Assembly: GCA_965203905.1 (NCBI GenBank)
Contig: CBDBDQ010000003.1
Location: 42,777-106,776 of the forward strand
Source: Spirochaetia bacterium
GTDB lineage: Bacteria > Spirochaetota > Spirochaetia > SZUA-6 > Bin103
DNA: 64,000 nucleotides
Reading direction: 5' to 3'
This document shows, in pieces, positions 52,209 through 63,438 of the stretch (the first letter of the stretch is position 1; each line of letters begins with the position of its first letter). The notes under the pieces were generated by a model. The model was not told the DNA's origin. It worked only from the letters and a program-made list of their open reading frames with translations, and did not search any database. The translations under genes and the position numbers were made by a program.

Positions 52209-52907
52209 CTAACCAGACCCCGGAAACAACTCGACTTGGTCGACCAAATTACGCGCTTTGGTTCTCGACGGACTCCACGTTCCGACCTCACGGCCCCATA
52301 CCTCATATCCCGGTCGCCTAACGCGAGCGAACAGCTCCAAACGCGGTCCAGGTGAGATCGCTTCAACGAGCTCGTACAGCTCATCGGGCTTCTCAGAGTG
52401 GTCGCGCCGCTCGGCAAAGACTACACCCATGACATCGTGATTCAGAGCGGCCAACTTTCCTCTTACGGCGAACACAACAAACTCCGAAACCCAACGGACA
52501 TACAATCCCATACCCATACGCACCGCCGCCCGCAAATCTTGCTGTTCCAAAACATGCCTTACGGCATCCTTCTTTACCTTTATCCACGGGATAATACCCT
52601 TTGGTGCGAATCCCCACGCTTTCGCAACTTCGTGCGCCTCGACCATAAAAGCACCTGTTGTCCATAGCCACAGGTGGGCTTGGTCGGCGATGACATCCTT
52701 CACAGGCAGGCGAACGATTTCGTCGAGCCTCATGGTACGGTAGTGGTTCGCGGCTCCCCTGTTGCCACCACGCGAGTGATGCACCGGGCTATAACCACTG
52801 GTTCCACCGGCGGAGTACTTCCTGCTGTAATCCCACGGTGGATCGGCGACCACTGTGGCGAACGGACCAGTAGGAAGTCTCGGCGTCTGACTATCTTTAG
52901 AAATCAT
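52209..52907 (-). CDS. MT-A70-family adenine methyltransferase
   Basis: VVADPPW, HLWLWTT, AWGF, GMG, HSEKP, LELFAR. Confidence 0.92.
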   Translation of the reverse strand: MISKDSQTPRLPTGPFATVVADPPWDYSRKYSAGGTSGYSPVHHSRGGNRGAANHYRTMRLDEIVRLPVKDVIADQAHLWLWTTGAFMVEAHEVAKAWGFAPKGIIPWIKVKKDAVRHVLEQQDLRAAVRMGMGLYVRWVSEFVVFAVRGKLAALNHDVMGVVFAERRDHSEKPDELYELVEAISPGPRLELFARVRRPGYEVWGREVGTWSPSRTKARNLVDQVELFPGSG

Positions 52908-52913
52908 CGTAGA

Positions 52914-54626
52914 TCAACTATGTGGAATATCTGACGCAAGACGACTTCCTAGAGTCCCCCGCAACTCAACAATCCCTCGCAACGATTGGGCTGATCCGAT
53001 TACCTCCTGGACCCACTTCCGTTCGGAAGCAGTCAGACGGTATAAGGCGACCACCAAGTCTTCGATCTGCTCCTCGACAAGCTCGCCACGCGAACGCCTG
53101 CGAGAAAGCATCGCTATGGCCTTCGCCGCGCTCGAGAGCACCTTGCCAGTCGCGAAAGGTGAAGGCACCGGCAGAGACTTGATGATCGTCGGCGTAATGT
53201 AGGGATGGGAGCGCCATTCGATGTCACCGGACCAGCGGAGATGAAAGGCGAGCATCACACGGGAGTTTAGTACTCCCGCGACGTAGTCTAAGACAGACCG
53301 AGGGATTCCCGGTTTAGGAATAAAGTGATAAACTGTTTGAATCGTCAACGAACCCGACCGATCTACGGCAGCCCGAAGCCCAACGCCCGTCTTGCGTACG
53401 AGGAGCTTCGGGACTCTGGATAAACTGAGATCCTTGTACCGAATGCCGAGGAGACCAATCCGAAGCTCACGCGATGGGTGGCACCGATAACGATCGACGT
53501 CTTCGCCAACAATAACCTTACGCCAAGATGGATGATCGGTGGCATGAGATGGTCTTATTACGTAGTGAACGCGAGCGTGTGAAGGAAATGCCGTTCCACA
53601 AAGTGGACAAGCAACGGAGGAAATGAATTGCTTTCTTGGAACCGGACGATAAGCGCGGCACGTACTACATCGCAGCATGGTGCCATGCTTACCAACCTCG
53701 ACACCACGGCCAATCCAAAAAACCTGATCCCAACCGATCGGTGTGGTACGCAGCATGCGATCGACCGCTGACTCGTCGGAGCGTAAATCGAGTGTGAATT
53801 CGGCGTTGGGATTCGCGATAAACCGACTAAGTGGTACCTCGTGGGACTGCAATTTTCTGAAATCCTCGATAGATTTCTGATGGTTCAAGAATGCCCGTCG
53901 TTCTACGGCGCGTAACCGGAAACACTCAACATTGGTGTGGTTGCGAAGTCCGCTGTGCAACACCAGCACGAACGTTCCGCGGTAGACTCCGGGGAATAGG
54001 CCTTCGCCCAAGCGGGCCATGAAGAGGGGCTGAGTGTACCGCAACAGGAATCTACGAAATCGCGTATGCTCGGGCAGGAGGACAGAGTCGGGCAGTATGA
54101 ACGCCATAGGGATATTGGAGAACAGCTTGAGCACACGTTCGATGAAGATCTCGTACAAGTCGAATTGGCCTCGTGCCAGTTCATAGCCTGCGGCGCGCAG
54201 TCCACGGCGGCTCGTAGGATCCACGCCGTTCCACGGCGGGTTCATGATTACGGCATCTGGGTGCCACGGGAGTTGACTCAAGCTTTCGCCACGGAGGCTA
54301 TCGCCGAGGTCGAAGTCGGCGGAATCTCGGAGGGTCTGCGCTGCGACGGCGAGCGCCATTGGGTCGATGTCCCTACCACAAACCTCCACCGGTTGGTTGC
54401 AGTTGTCGCAGTTACGTGCGACCGCGGATAGTAACTCACCCGCGCCGCACGCGGGGTCCAAGACCCGTAGGACAGCCTTAGGAGGCGTGTGTCGCAACAG
54501 CTGAGAAGCCGTCCAATCCGCCAACGCCGGGGGTGTGTAGACGGCCCCCACTGGGTCAGCGACCACTGCTCGACGTGTGGAGACACCCACTACGTCGGAG
54601 GAAATCTGTGCAGTGTTGCCGACCAC
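52914..54626 (-). CDS. N6-adenine DNA methyltransferase (gamma class, TaqI/Eco57I-like TRD)
   Basis: YTPPALA, VLDPACGAG, IMNPPW, DLYEIFIER, GVLNS; CxxC...CxxC insertion. Confidence 0.9.
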   Translation of the reverse strand: MVGNTAQISSDVVGVSTRRAVVADPVGAVYTPPALADWTASQLLRHTPPKAVLRVLDPACGAGELLSAVARNCDNCNQPVEVCGRDIDPMALAVAAQTLRDSADFDLGDSLRGESLSQLPWHPDAVIMNPPWNGVDPTSRRGLRAAGYELARGQFDLYEIFIERVLKLFSNIPMAFILPDSVLLPEHTRFRRFLLRYTQPLFMARLGEGLFPGVYRGTFVLVLHSGLRNHTNVECFRLRAVERRAFLNHQKSIEDFRKLQSHEVPLSRFIANPNAEFTLDLRSDESAVDRMLRTTPIGWDQVFWIGRGVEVGKHGTMLRCSTCRAYRPVPRKQFISSVACPLCGTAFPSHARVHYVIRPSHATDHPSWRKVIVGEDVDRYRCHPSRELRIGLLGIRYKDLSLSRVPKLLVRKTGVGLRAAVDRSGSLTIQTVYHFIPKPGIPRSVLDYVAGVLNSRVMLAFHLRWSGDIEWRSHPYITPTIIKSLPVPSPFATGKVLSSAAKAIAMLSRRRSRGELVEEQIEDLVVALYRLTASERKWVQEVIGSAQSLRGIVELRGTLGSRLASDIPHS

Positions 54627-54708
54627 TCTTTAGGAACCCTGTCGTATTCGAAGCGTAATGTCGGTGAAATCGTCATAGCAGCCTAGGGCTGCCGCATAGT
54701 ATTTCTCG

Positions 54709-55350
54709 GTGACGGGTAGGTCAACGGCAACGTTCGCCACCGAGGCCCGCATCGACGCCGAACGCCGTGCTCGGGCCGCTGCCCGCGAAGCCCACCGAAG
54801 ACTTCGAGGTGGAGCTTGTCCAGGTCACCGTGCACTCGGGCCTCACCGTGCGCAAGGCGTCCTGCTCAGGCCGTCACGGCTGACCGGCCACACCCTGCGC
54901 GTCCACCTCGACGACGTTCGGATAGAGTTGTTCGTCGGCACCGTGCCAGTGAGGACCTTACGCCGCGGTCGCTCCCATAGCGACGGCGCCGCAGCCATGT
55001 GTCGACCATCACCATCTCATCGACGCACCGCGCGGCAAGCCGATAGCCTTGATGCACCTCGTCTACCGCGATCGGTTCCCTCGCTACGCCAAGCTATCTG
55101 CTAATCATCGAGCTCGGCTACCTGCCGGTCGGGCCGCATGCAGCGCACCTGTTCCAACTCGTCTCAACGAGCGGAAGCATCCTGATCACGTCGAACCGCT
55201 CGGTTGGCGAGTGGGCGAGGTGTTCGGCGACACGGTGGTGGCCACTGCGTTCCTCGACCGGCTCCTACACCACAGTCACGCGCTGACGATTAACGGAGAG
55301 AGCTTCTGCCTGGGTGGGATAAGTGACGGGCAGAACTCAGGCGGTCGGCA
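54709..55350 (+). pseudogene. IS21-family remnant (istA and istB fragments)
   Basis: PSRLTGHTLRVHL...IELFVG; GEVFGDTVVATAFLDRLLHHSH...GES. Confidence 0.8.
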
Positions 55351-55744
55351 CCGCCAAGCCGCGGCACGAGGCAGAAGATGGCATGAGCATTGCGAGCGGC
55401 AGCAACTGCCCGCCCGCCCCCGGCCGTGGCGTCAGCATCGCCTGAGCGGCGCGGCCGCCACGCGTGTCCAAGCTCGACGGTCCGGTGGAGTCAGCGCAGC
55501 GGAACCACGCGAGGAGTTCTACCGAGCCTTCGATCTGCCCTGCCCAATAGTCGCGAATCGGAACGGAACTGTTTGAGCCATGCCGCTTGGCTCAGCATCA
55601 CGTCGGAACGCTCTGGGCCCGCGTCTTGACGGTGTCCCAAGTCGCGTGCGAGAAGGTGAGGGACATGGACGCGGCGGTGGCAGAGCCGCGGTCGATGCCG
55701 TCCACAGTCACGATGACCGGCTCCGCACGCGCGTCTCGGCGCTA

Positions 55745-56906
55745 GTGTCCCGTCACTAAAATGCTTGACCAGTAAAGGTAGGGGTGCCATCGTTGTCCTA
55801 CCCTGGGGAGGGGAACGACTGTGGCGAACCACTACACGCGACAGATTCCAGATCTGTCGGAGGCTCAGCGGCAAGAACTGCAGCGCTGGGTGAGACGATC
55901 CAAGACTGCGCAAGCGCTGGTGTTGCGGGCGCGGATCGTGCTGGAGACGGCTGCCGGCAAGAGCGACCTGGAGGTAGCCGGCGAACTGGGCACGACCCGC
56001 GGTACCGTCGGCAAGTGGCGGCGGCGGTTTCTGAGCGCCGGCTGCGATGGCTTACTGGACGAGCCGCGACCGGGAACTCCACGCACGATTGGGGACGACG
56101 ACGTGGAGCGGGTGGTGGTGCAAACCTTGGAGACGATTCCGGCAGATGCTACGCATTGGAGCACGCGCTCGATGGCCAAGGCGTGTGGGATGAGCGCGGC
56201 GACGGTAAGCCGCATCTGGCGTGCGTTCGGTCTGAAGCCGCATCGTTGCGAGACCTTCAAGCTGTCGCGCGATCCGCTGTTCATCGAGAAGGTACGCGAC
56301 ATCGTGGGTCTGTACCTGCATCCGCCCGAGCGCGCGGTGGTGTTGTGCGTGGACGAGAAGCCGCAGATTCAAGCGTTGGAGCGCAGCCAGCCGGTGCTGC
56401 CGATGCGTCCCGGGCTTGCGGAGCGACGCACCCACGACTACCGCCGCCACGGCACCACGTCGTTGTTTGCGGCCCTGGACGTAGCCACCGGTGAGGTGCT
56501 CGGCAGATGCTTCCCGCGCCACCGGGCGGTGGAGTTCCGCCGGTTCCTCGACGCCATCGCGAAAGCCGTCCCGGAGGACCTCGACATTCATCTGGTGCTG
56601 GACAACTACGGCACTCACAAGACGGCGATGATTCACGATTGGCTGGCTGGCCAGCCGCGCTTCCACCTGCACTTCACGCCCACCAGCGCATCCTGGATCA
56701 ACCAGGTCGAACGGTGGTTCGCAGCGCTTACCGAACAGCAGATCCGACGCGGCACGCACCGCAGCACTGAGGAACTGGAACAGGCGATAAAGGAGTACCT
56801 GAGGGTCCACAATGAGAACCCAAAGCCGTTCATCTGGACCAAGAGCGCCGACCAGATCCTCGAATCACTCAAGATTTACTGCGAACGGATTTCTGAGACA
56901 GGACAC
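55745..56906 (+). mobile_element. IS630-family insertion sequence
   Basis: Imperfect 18-bp IR GTGTCCCGTCACTAAAAT / ATTTCTGAGACAGGACAC; TA duplication within CTAG on both sides. Confidence 0.92.
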
Positions 56907-56909
56907 TAG
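55821..56909 (+). CDS. IS630 transposase
   Basis: [45 protein letters not shown]. Confidence 0.96.
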   Translation: MANHYTRQIPDLSEAQRQELQRWVRRSKTAQALVLRARIVLETAAGKSDLEVAGELGTTRGTVGKWRRRFLSAGCDGLLDEPRPGTPRTIGDDDVERVVVQTLETIPADATHWSTRSMAKACGMSAATVSRIWRAFGLKPHRCETFKLSRDPLFIEKVRDIVGLYLHPPERAVVLCVDEKPQIQALERSQPVLPMRPGLAERRTHDYRRHGTTSLFAALDVATGEVLGRCFPRHRAVEFRRFLDAIAKAVPEDLDIHLVLDNYGTHKTAMIHDWLAGQPRFHLHFTPTSASWINQVERWFAALTEQQIRRGTHRSTEELEQAIKEYLRVHNENPKPFIWTKSADQILESLKIYCERISETGH

Positions 56910-57009
56910 CTAGACCGAAGCGAGTCAAGGACGACCAAGGGGTTGCGAAAGCAATAACTGGATAACGGTGTAACCCGTAAACCATTATCTTATTTACAAA
57001 TAGACGCAA

Positions 57010-57205
57010 TAACGGTGTAGTCGAACAGGCTGGAGAACCCGAGGCGCAGGTGGAGGTGGCGGGCGTGGATCTCGCGCAGGTGGTCGAGGACGGCGAGCTG
57101 CAGCGCCTGCTCGTGCAGGACGAGGGACCTGGTGTGCGCCAGCAGCACCTGGTCGGGGAGCCCGGAGAGGGAGGAGGAGAAGCCGGTAGCGGTCGCGGCA
57201 GCCAT
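57010..57205 (-). pseudogene. 5' fragment of a DUF222/HNH-type gene, truncated at the island boundary
   Basis: LPDQVLLAHTRSLV..EQ...LDHLREIHARHLHLRLGFSSLFDY then abrupt AT-rich sequence. Confidence 0.65.
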
Positions 57206-57787
57206 GGCGTAAATATACTCATGGCTGAGAAATGGACGGTTTCGGCGAGTCCCGGACCGGCCCCGGAAAGGGTGCAGGCCGGCGCTGGCGGGGTGCTGAC
57301 GGGCCTGGAGGGCGTGGCGGGATGCTCGAAGGGTCGGAGGGGCCGGAACGTGCGGCTGGGGGCCGTCACGAGCGGCGCCAAACCCGTCAAGTGCTCAGCG
57401 AGCTTTTTTTGACACTTTTTGCAGAATCCTGCCCCGCGGCGCCGACGTGGCAGCAACGCATCGGTGGAGACCGGCGTTGCGGTGGGCGGCTACCCGCTCA
57501 TTCCTGGACACATCGTGCAGCGAACGAAACCACACACCCTGAAGGCGGCGATCCGGCAGGCGCTGCCGCCGGGGCCGTCACCGCGGCTCGGCCCCACACA
57601 GGACTCAGACGTCGTTCAGCATGGGATGGCCCTGGGTCGCACCGGTCGCACCCGGAGCGGTTGCGGTGCAGTTGCGGTGCGGTCGACGGTGCGGTACGCT
57701 CGGTGATCCGGCCCTGAGCCGAACATCGGAGCTTTGCACCGGGCACGCCAGGCCTGACGGGCCAATTCGCTCGCACGGAGGTCTCGG

Positions 57788-59860
57788 ATGAAAACGAGAA
57801 GTCTCTCGGTCACGGTTCTCGTCGCGTTCATGAGCGCTGTCGCTCCGCTCCTGTTTGCCGCGGGCGACGCGGACGCACCGCGCGCTACGGAAGGCACGGC
57901 TGCCACGGCCACCACGGCAGCCGCCGACATGGTGCTGGTTGCCGGTCGCTATACCTGGCCGCAGAACTGGTTGGAGACTCCCACCGCATCACAGCTCGGT
58001 ATCACGGCGTTCGACGAAGCTCCGATGCTGGCGGAGATGGTGGCAGCCGGGGAGCTGCCGCCCGTGGAGGACCGGCTGCCCGACGATCCGCTGGTGATCG
58101 CCCCGTTCTCGGAGGTGGGCCAATACGGCGGCACGCTGCGCGTGGCCCGGCTGTCACCGGGGGACTGGGGCGACATGTACCGCGGGCAGCATGCCTTCAT
58201 GTTCCGGCCCGATCCCACTTCCAACCTGATCATCCCCTACCTGGCAAAGGGCATCGAGGTCTCGGACGACAACCGCGTCGTCACGATCTCCTACCGGGAG
58301 GGCGCCCGCTGGTCGGACGGTGAGCCGTTTACCGTGCGCGACACGATGTGGGTGTACGAGCACACGATGCAGGATCCGGAGATCAGGAACTTCAACCGCG
58401 GCCAGTTCACCCTGGGCGGCGAGCTTGCCAAGTTCGAGGCGCTCGGCGACTACACGCTGCGCATCTCCTTTCCCGTCGCCCTCACCCAGCCCAAGCTGAG
58501 CGTCCTCATGGCGTATACGCGCTCGCGCCAGGGCCGCTTCTACGCTCCGGTGCACTTTCTCCAGCAGTTCCATCCCAAGTTCAACCCGGACGCCGAGAAG
58601 CTGGCAGCGGAGGAAGGCTACGACGACTGGATCAAGCACTTCGACGATCGGCTCAACTTCGATCCACGGCGCAAGTACATCCAGCCGGAGATGGGCCCGT
58701 GGTACATGTCCGACCGCGACTCGAAGGGCATTACGCGGGTGCGCAACCCCTATTTCTGGGCCGTGGACACCGCCGGCAACCAGCTACCCTATATCGACAA
58801 CCTCACCATGAGCTACTTCGCGCAGAGCGAGGTCGCCATTCTCAGCATGATGCAGGGCAGCGTGGATCTGGGAGGCCGGCTCCCCGATCCGGCGGACTTC
58901 GCGCTCTACAAGGAGAACGAGTCGATCGGCGACTACACGTTGCGCGAGTGGCAGGATCTCAAGACGGCGCGGATGATCTACATGTTCAACCTCAATCATG
59001 AAGATCCGGTGAAGCGGCAGGTGTTCCTCGACAAGCGGTTCCGCCACGCAATGTCGCTGGCCATCAACCGTGAGGAGATCAACGAGTTCGCGTTCAACGG
59101 GCTGGCAACGCCGCAGCAGTTCACGGTGGCCGCGGGAGCGGGGTTCTACGATCCGGCGTGGGCCACGGCGTTTGCCGACTACGACCCGGCGCGGGCGCGG
59201 GCGATGCTGGACGAGATCGGGTTGCGTGATACCGACGGCGATGGCGTCCGCGAGGGACCGGACGGCAGCCCGTTTGCGCTGTCGATGAGCACAAGTTCCT
59301 CGTCGGTGATCGGGCCGATGGGTTTCAACATCAGCGAGCTGGTACGGGACTACTGGCAGGAGGTCGGCGTGCGCGTCGATCTCAAGATGGTCTCCGAAGA
59401 GCTCTACGCCGAGCTCAGGGCTGCCAACCAGCTCGACGTGCACGCGGGCGTGGCCGGCGACTACAACCCCAACCGCCTGGCCTCCAATCCGGGTTTCGGC
59501 ACCCTCAAGGCTTACGCCGAGGACTGGAATCGGTGGTGGCAACACGAGCTCTGGGTGCAACAAGGCCGCCAGGGCAAGGAACCACCCGCGGGCGAGGCAC
59601 CTCCGGAGGAGTGGGAGAAATTCATCCGCACCGGCTGGGGGTGGCCCAACGCCACCGACGACGAGGAGTTCAACCGGCTGGGCGTAGAGCGGTGGGCGCT
59701 GCAGGCGGAGCTGCTGCCGGCGATCGGCACCGTGGCGTACGTGGTGCGGCCGATCATCGTCAACAACCGCGTGCGCAACGTCCCCGAAGTGCTCCCGTTC
59801 GCCTTCGAGAGCATGCTCTGGATTCAGGCAACCCCCGTTCAATTCTACATCGCCGAGTAG
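57788..59860 (+). CDS. ABC transporter substrate-binding protein, family 5
   Basis: Signal peptide; APMLAEMVAAGELPPVEDRLP; WSDGEPFT; RNPYFWAVDTAGNQLPYID. Confidence 0.95.
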   Translation: MKTRSLSVTVLVAFMSAVAPLLFAAGDADAPRATEGTAATATTAAADMVLVAGRYTWPQNWLETPTASQLGITAFDEAPMLAEMVAAGELPPVEDRLPDDPLVIAPFSEVGQYGGTLRVARLSPGDWGDMYRGQHAFMFRPDPTSNLIIPYLAKGIEVSDDNRVVTISYREGARWSDGEPFTVRDTMWVYEHTMQDPEIRNFNRGQFTLGGELAKFEALGDYTLRISFPVALTQPKLSVLMAYTRSRQGRFYAPVHFLQQFHPKFNPDAEKLAAEEGYDDWIKHFDDRLNFDPRRKYIQPEMGPWYMSDRDSKGITRVRNPYFWAVDTAGNQLPYIDNLTMSYFAQSEVAILSMMQGSVDLGGRLPDPADFALYKENESIGDYTLREWQDLKTARMIYMFNLNHEDPVKRQVFLDKRFRHAMSLAINREEINEFAFNGLATPQQFTVAAGAGFYDPAWATAFADYDPARARAMLDEIGLRDTDGDGVREGPDGSPFALSMSTSSSSVIGPMGFNISELVRDYWQEVGVRVDLKMVSEELYAELRAANQLDVHAGVAGDYNPNRLASNPGFGTLKAYAEDWNRWWQHELWVQQGRQGKEPPAGEAPPEEWEKFIRTGWGWPNATDDEEFNRLGVERWALQAELLPAIGTVAYVVRPIIVNNRVRNVPEVLPFAFESMLWIQATPVQFYIAE

Positions 59861-59878
59861 TCGGCGGAGGGACAGCAG

Positions 59879-61162
59879 ATGGCGAAACTCGTCGGACTGT
59901 ATACCGAACCGCGGATCGTACTAAAACATCCGGGCTATTTCGATGCCCTGATCGACACCGTGGGCCTGACCCACGTGCTGATGGCGGGCTACACCTTTTC
60001 ACCCGAGACGCGCGCCAGGAATCCCATGCCGCCCGGCCAGGAAGCGACGGTACCGACACCCGGCGAGGACGACGACGGCGACTTGCGGCGCGCCCTCGAT
60101 ATCGCCCACGACAAGGGACTGCAGGTCTGGATACGTGGCTGGGGGTGGCACGACGACGCGGGCCGGCATCCGGCCATGTGCATGCAGGATATGCACGGAC
60201 AGCCGATCAGCGCAGTTCCCAAGCTGCGTTACGGCCTGGAGCAGCACCTCATCGCATTCTGTCCCAATCACGAAGGATTGAACGAATGGCTGCGTTCAGC
60301 CTATGCCGAAATGATCGCCAACTACGATGTCGAGGGGCTCAACCTCTCGCACTGCCGCTACACGGCGCCTTCGTTCCTGCACAACCTGTTCGGTTGCGCC
60401 TGCGCGCGCTGTCAGGCGGTGGCCCGCGAGCAGGGCTACGACTTCGCGCGCATGCGTACCAGTGCCCTGGCCTTTTGGGATCGGCTCCATCACCTGGACG
60501 CCGCGACGGTGCGGATGGCGAACGGGGACGGATGGGGACTGGTCGACCTGTCGCAGCGGCTGGGTGTCGACGCGGGCCTGGTCGACTGGTTCGAGTTCCG
60601 GGCACGGGTGATCAGCGATCATCTGCGCCGCTTCAGGGACGCGGTACATGAAGCTGCGGGACGGGAGGTCGTCTTTGGAACCGATACCTTTCCGCCCAGC
60701 TTCTCGCTGTTGGTAGGCCACAACTATCGCGATTTTCTGAGCTGGTCCGGCTACACCAGTCCGCTCATCTCGCACGTGGAGATCTTCATCCTGGCGACCT
60801 TTGCCAGCTATGCCGACCTGCTCTGCCAGTGGAACCCGGGATTGGACGAAACCGATGCGTTGCAGCTCGTCTATCGGTTGTTCGGCTACGACCACCTGGA
60901 TCTGCCGCAAACCCTGGCTGGCTTGGGGGTAGGCACGGCGGACCTCGAGATGCGCTTCGAGAAGTTGTACGACGTCGTGGCCCTGGAGATGCAGCGGGCA
61001 CGCCGGTATAACGATGGCTCGATTCCTTCGTACCCGGTGATCAAGGCGGGCACCTGGCCGAAGGAGACGGTGCAACGACTGATGCAGTTCGCTGAAGCGC
61101 AAGGCCATGATGGCATCATCTTGCAGGGCACGGAGGCCTTGCTGGATTACCCCGGCATCTGA
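59879..61162 (+). CDS. glycoside-hydrolase-like TIM-barrel protein
   Basis: FCPNH...NYDVEGLNLSHCRY, CACARC, WFEFR pattern. Confidence 0.6.
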   Translation: MAKLVGLYTEPRIVLKHPGYFDALIDTVGLTHVLMAGYTFSPETRARNPMPPGQEATVPTPGEDDDGDLRRALDIAHDKGLQVWIRGWGWHDDAGRHPAMCMQDMHGQPISAVPKLRYGLEQHLIAFCPNHEGLNEWLRSAYAEMIANYDVEGLNLSHCRYTAPSFLHNLFGCACARCQAVAREQGYDFARMRTSALAFWDRLHHLDAATVRMANGDGWGLVDLSQRLGVDAGLVDWFEFRARVISDHLRRFRDAVHEAAGREVVFGTDTFPPSFSLLVGHNYRDFLSWSGYTSPLISHVEIFILATFASYADLLCQWNPGLDETDALQLVYRLFGYDHLDLPQTLAGLGVGTADLEMRFEKLYDVVALEMQRARRYNDGSIPSYPVIKAGTWPKETVQRLMQFAEAQGHDGIILQGTEALLDYPGI

Positions 61163-61188
61163 CGGCGAGCAATCTGAGGAGAGAGTGC

Positions 61189-62284
61189 ATGGCGAAAGAC
61201 GGTGAGCATATTCTGTTCATAGGAACCTTCACTCGGGATACCGCCAGTGAAGGCATCTACACCGCCCGCTTCGATACGGTTTCCGGAGAGCTCAGTCTCA
61301 CCGGCGCCCTCTACGCCGCGGACAATCCGACGTATCTGGCCTTGGCCCCGTCGAGGAAAATCCTCTACGCCGTGAACGAGGTGAACGACGTGGCAGGCAA
61401 GGCCAGCGGAGCGATCACGGCGTTCGCCATCGATCCGGGGGACGGAGCACTGCGAACCCTGAACCAGAAGCCCACGGGGGGGCCCGGCCCCTGTTACCTC
61501 TCGCTGGATGCAACGGGACGGTTCGTGCTTGCGACGAACTTCTTCGATCCTGCCAGAAACGGCGGCAGCATCTGCGTTCTCCCGACCGCACCCGACGGGC
61601 AGCTCGAGGATGTGTCCGACTTCCACCTGCTCGAAGGTACCGGCCGCATTCCGATGGAGCAGGAGAAGCCACGCGTACACAGCATCATCTCCGATCCATC
61701 CAAACCGGTTCGTGCTGGGCGCCAACGTCGGCACCGACAGAATCCACGTGTACCGCCTCCAGCCTGAGCACGGAAAGCTGGAGCGCCACGATCCGTGGGC
61801 GCAACTTGCTACCGGTTCCGGACCGCGGCACACGTGCTTCTCACCCGACGGGCGCTGGCTCTTCGCCGTCAACGAGCAGGACTCCTCGGCAACCCTGTGC
61901 TCGTGGGACCGGGTGGCCGGAAAGCTGACGCCGGTGCAGCACATATCCACCCTTCCGGAAGGTTTCGACGAGACCAACCACTGTGCGGATATCCACGTTG
62001 CCCCCTCGGGCCGCTACCTGTACTGCTCCAACCGGGGCCATGACAGCATTGCCATCTTCTCGTTTGACCCGATAAAGGGCGAGCTTCAAGCCAAGGGCCA
62101 TGAGCATACCGGGGGCAAGGCTCCGCGCGGTTTCACCCTGGATCCGACAGGAAGATTCCTGCTGGCGGGAAACCATTTTTCAGACTGCATAAATGTATTC
62201 GCCCTGGATCCGGATTCAGGCCTGCCAGTGTATACCGGCTGCAGCGTCCAGGTGCCCGCCCCTGTTTGCTTAAAGTTCCTTTAG
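61189..62284 (+). CDS. pgl: 6-phosphogluconolactonase-family lactonase, frameshifted near 61700
   Basis: NPTYLA, GPCYLSLD, GSGPRH, SNRGHDSIAIF, PRGF spread over two frames. Confidence 0.85.
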
Positions 62285-62293
62285 CTTTTGGCT

Positions 62294-63438
62294 TTAGCGG
62301 TAGGGGTCGGCCGCGTCGCGCAGGCCGTCGCCGAGGAAGTTGAACGCGAGCACCGTAACCATGACGAAGCCACCGGGAATCAATAGCCAGACGTCCGTGT
62401 AGAATAGCCTTGCGTTTTGTGCCTCGTTCAGCAGCACGCCCCAACTGATCACCGGCGGCCGCAGCCCGAGTCCCAGGAAGCTGAGCGACGTTTCCCCCAG
62501 GATCATCCCGGGTATCGCCAACGTGAGGTGTACTATCAGGTAGCTGAGGAAGGCGGGCAGCAGGTGCCGCAAGATGACCGCCATATCGCCGGATCCGGAG
62601 ATTACCGCCGCCCGAACATAGTCCTCTTCTCGCAGCGACAGGATCTTGCCACGGACCACACGTGCGAGTCCCGCCCAGCCGACGCTGGAGAGGATCACGG
62701 TAATGATGAAGTACACCCGGACCGCGGGCCACTCCAGCGGGACAGCGGCGGCAAGCCCCATCCAGATGGGGAATCGTCGGGAGCGATATCAGAAACTCGA
62801 TGATCCGCTGGATCAACATATCCACCTTGCCGCCAAAGAAGCCGGAAAACGCCACCGAGGATGCATCCCAGAATGAAGCTGATGAGCACACCAACGAAGC
62901 CGACCGAGAGTGATATCCGGGCCGCGTAGAGCACGCGGGAAAAGAGATCCCTGCCCAGCTTGTCGGTACCGAACAGGTAGAACACGGGTTCCTCGTCAAT
63001 CCCGATCAGGTGCACGTCGGCAGGAAACAGGCCCCAGAGCTTGTAGGGATCACCTCGATGGAAGAACCTGATCGGGAACTTCCGAGTGGTGTCGACGCCG
63101 TACTCCATGCCGAATGTCACCGGGTTGCGCTGGCGCGTCAGGCCGTACACGAACGGTCTCAACTGCAACGCACCCTGATCGAGGAATCGGATCCTCTGTG
63201 GAGGGCAATAAAGGAAATCTGAGTTCCGCTCCATCGGATTCTTGGTGGAGAAGAACTCGGGCAACAATACCCCCACGAAGAACAGGAACACTATGGTGAC
63301 TGAGCCCACCATCGCCAGCTTGTGTTGCTTGAACTTGCGCCACATCAGCCGCCACTGGGAGGCCACGAAATACTGCTCATCCTCGGAGCGGCGCTGGTCG
63401 AACGCCGCTGCCCGCGGCACGGTCGTGGTCTGTTTCAA
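62294..63438 (-). CDS. ABC transporter permease (OppC-like), frameshifted
   Basis: SQWRLMWRKFKQHKLA, FGTDKLGRDLFSR, ETSLSFLGLG, GDGLRDAADPY. Confidence 0.9.
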
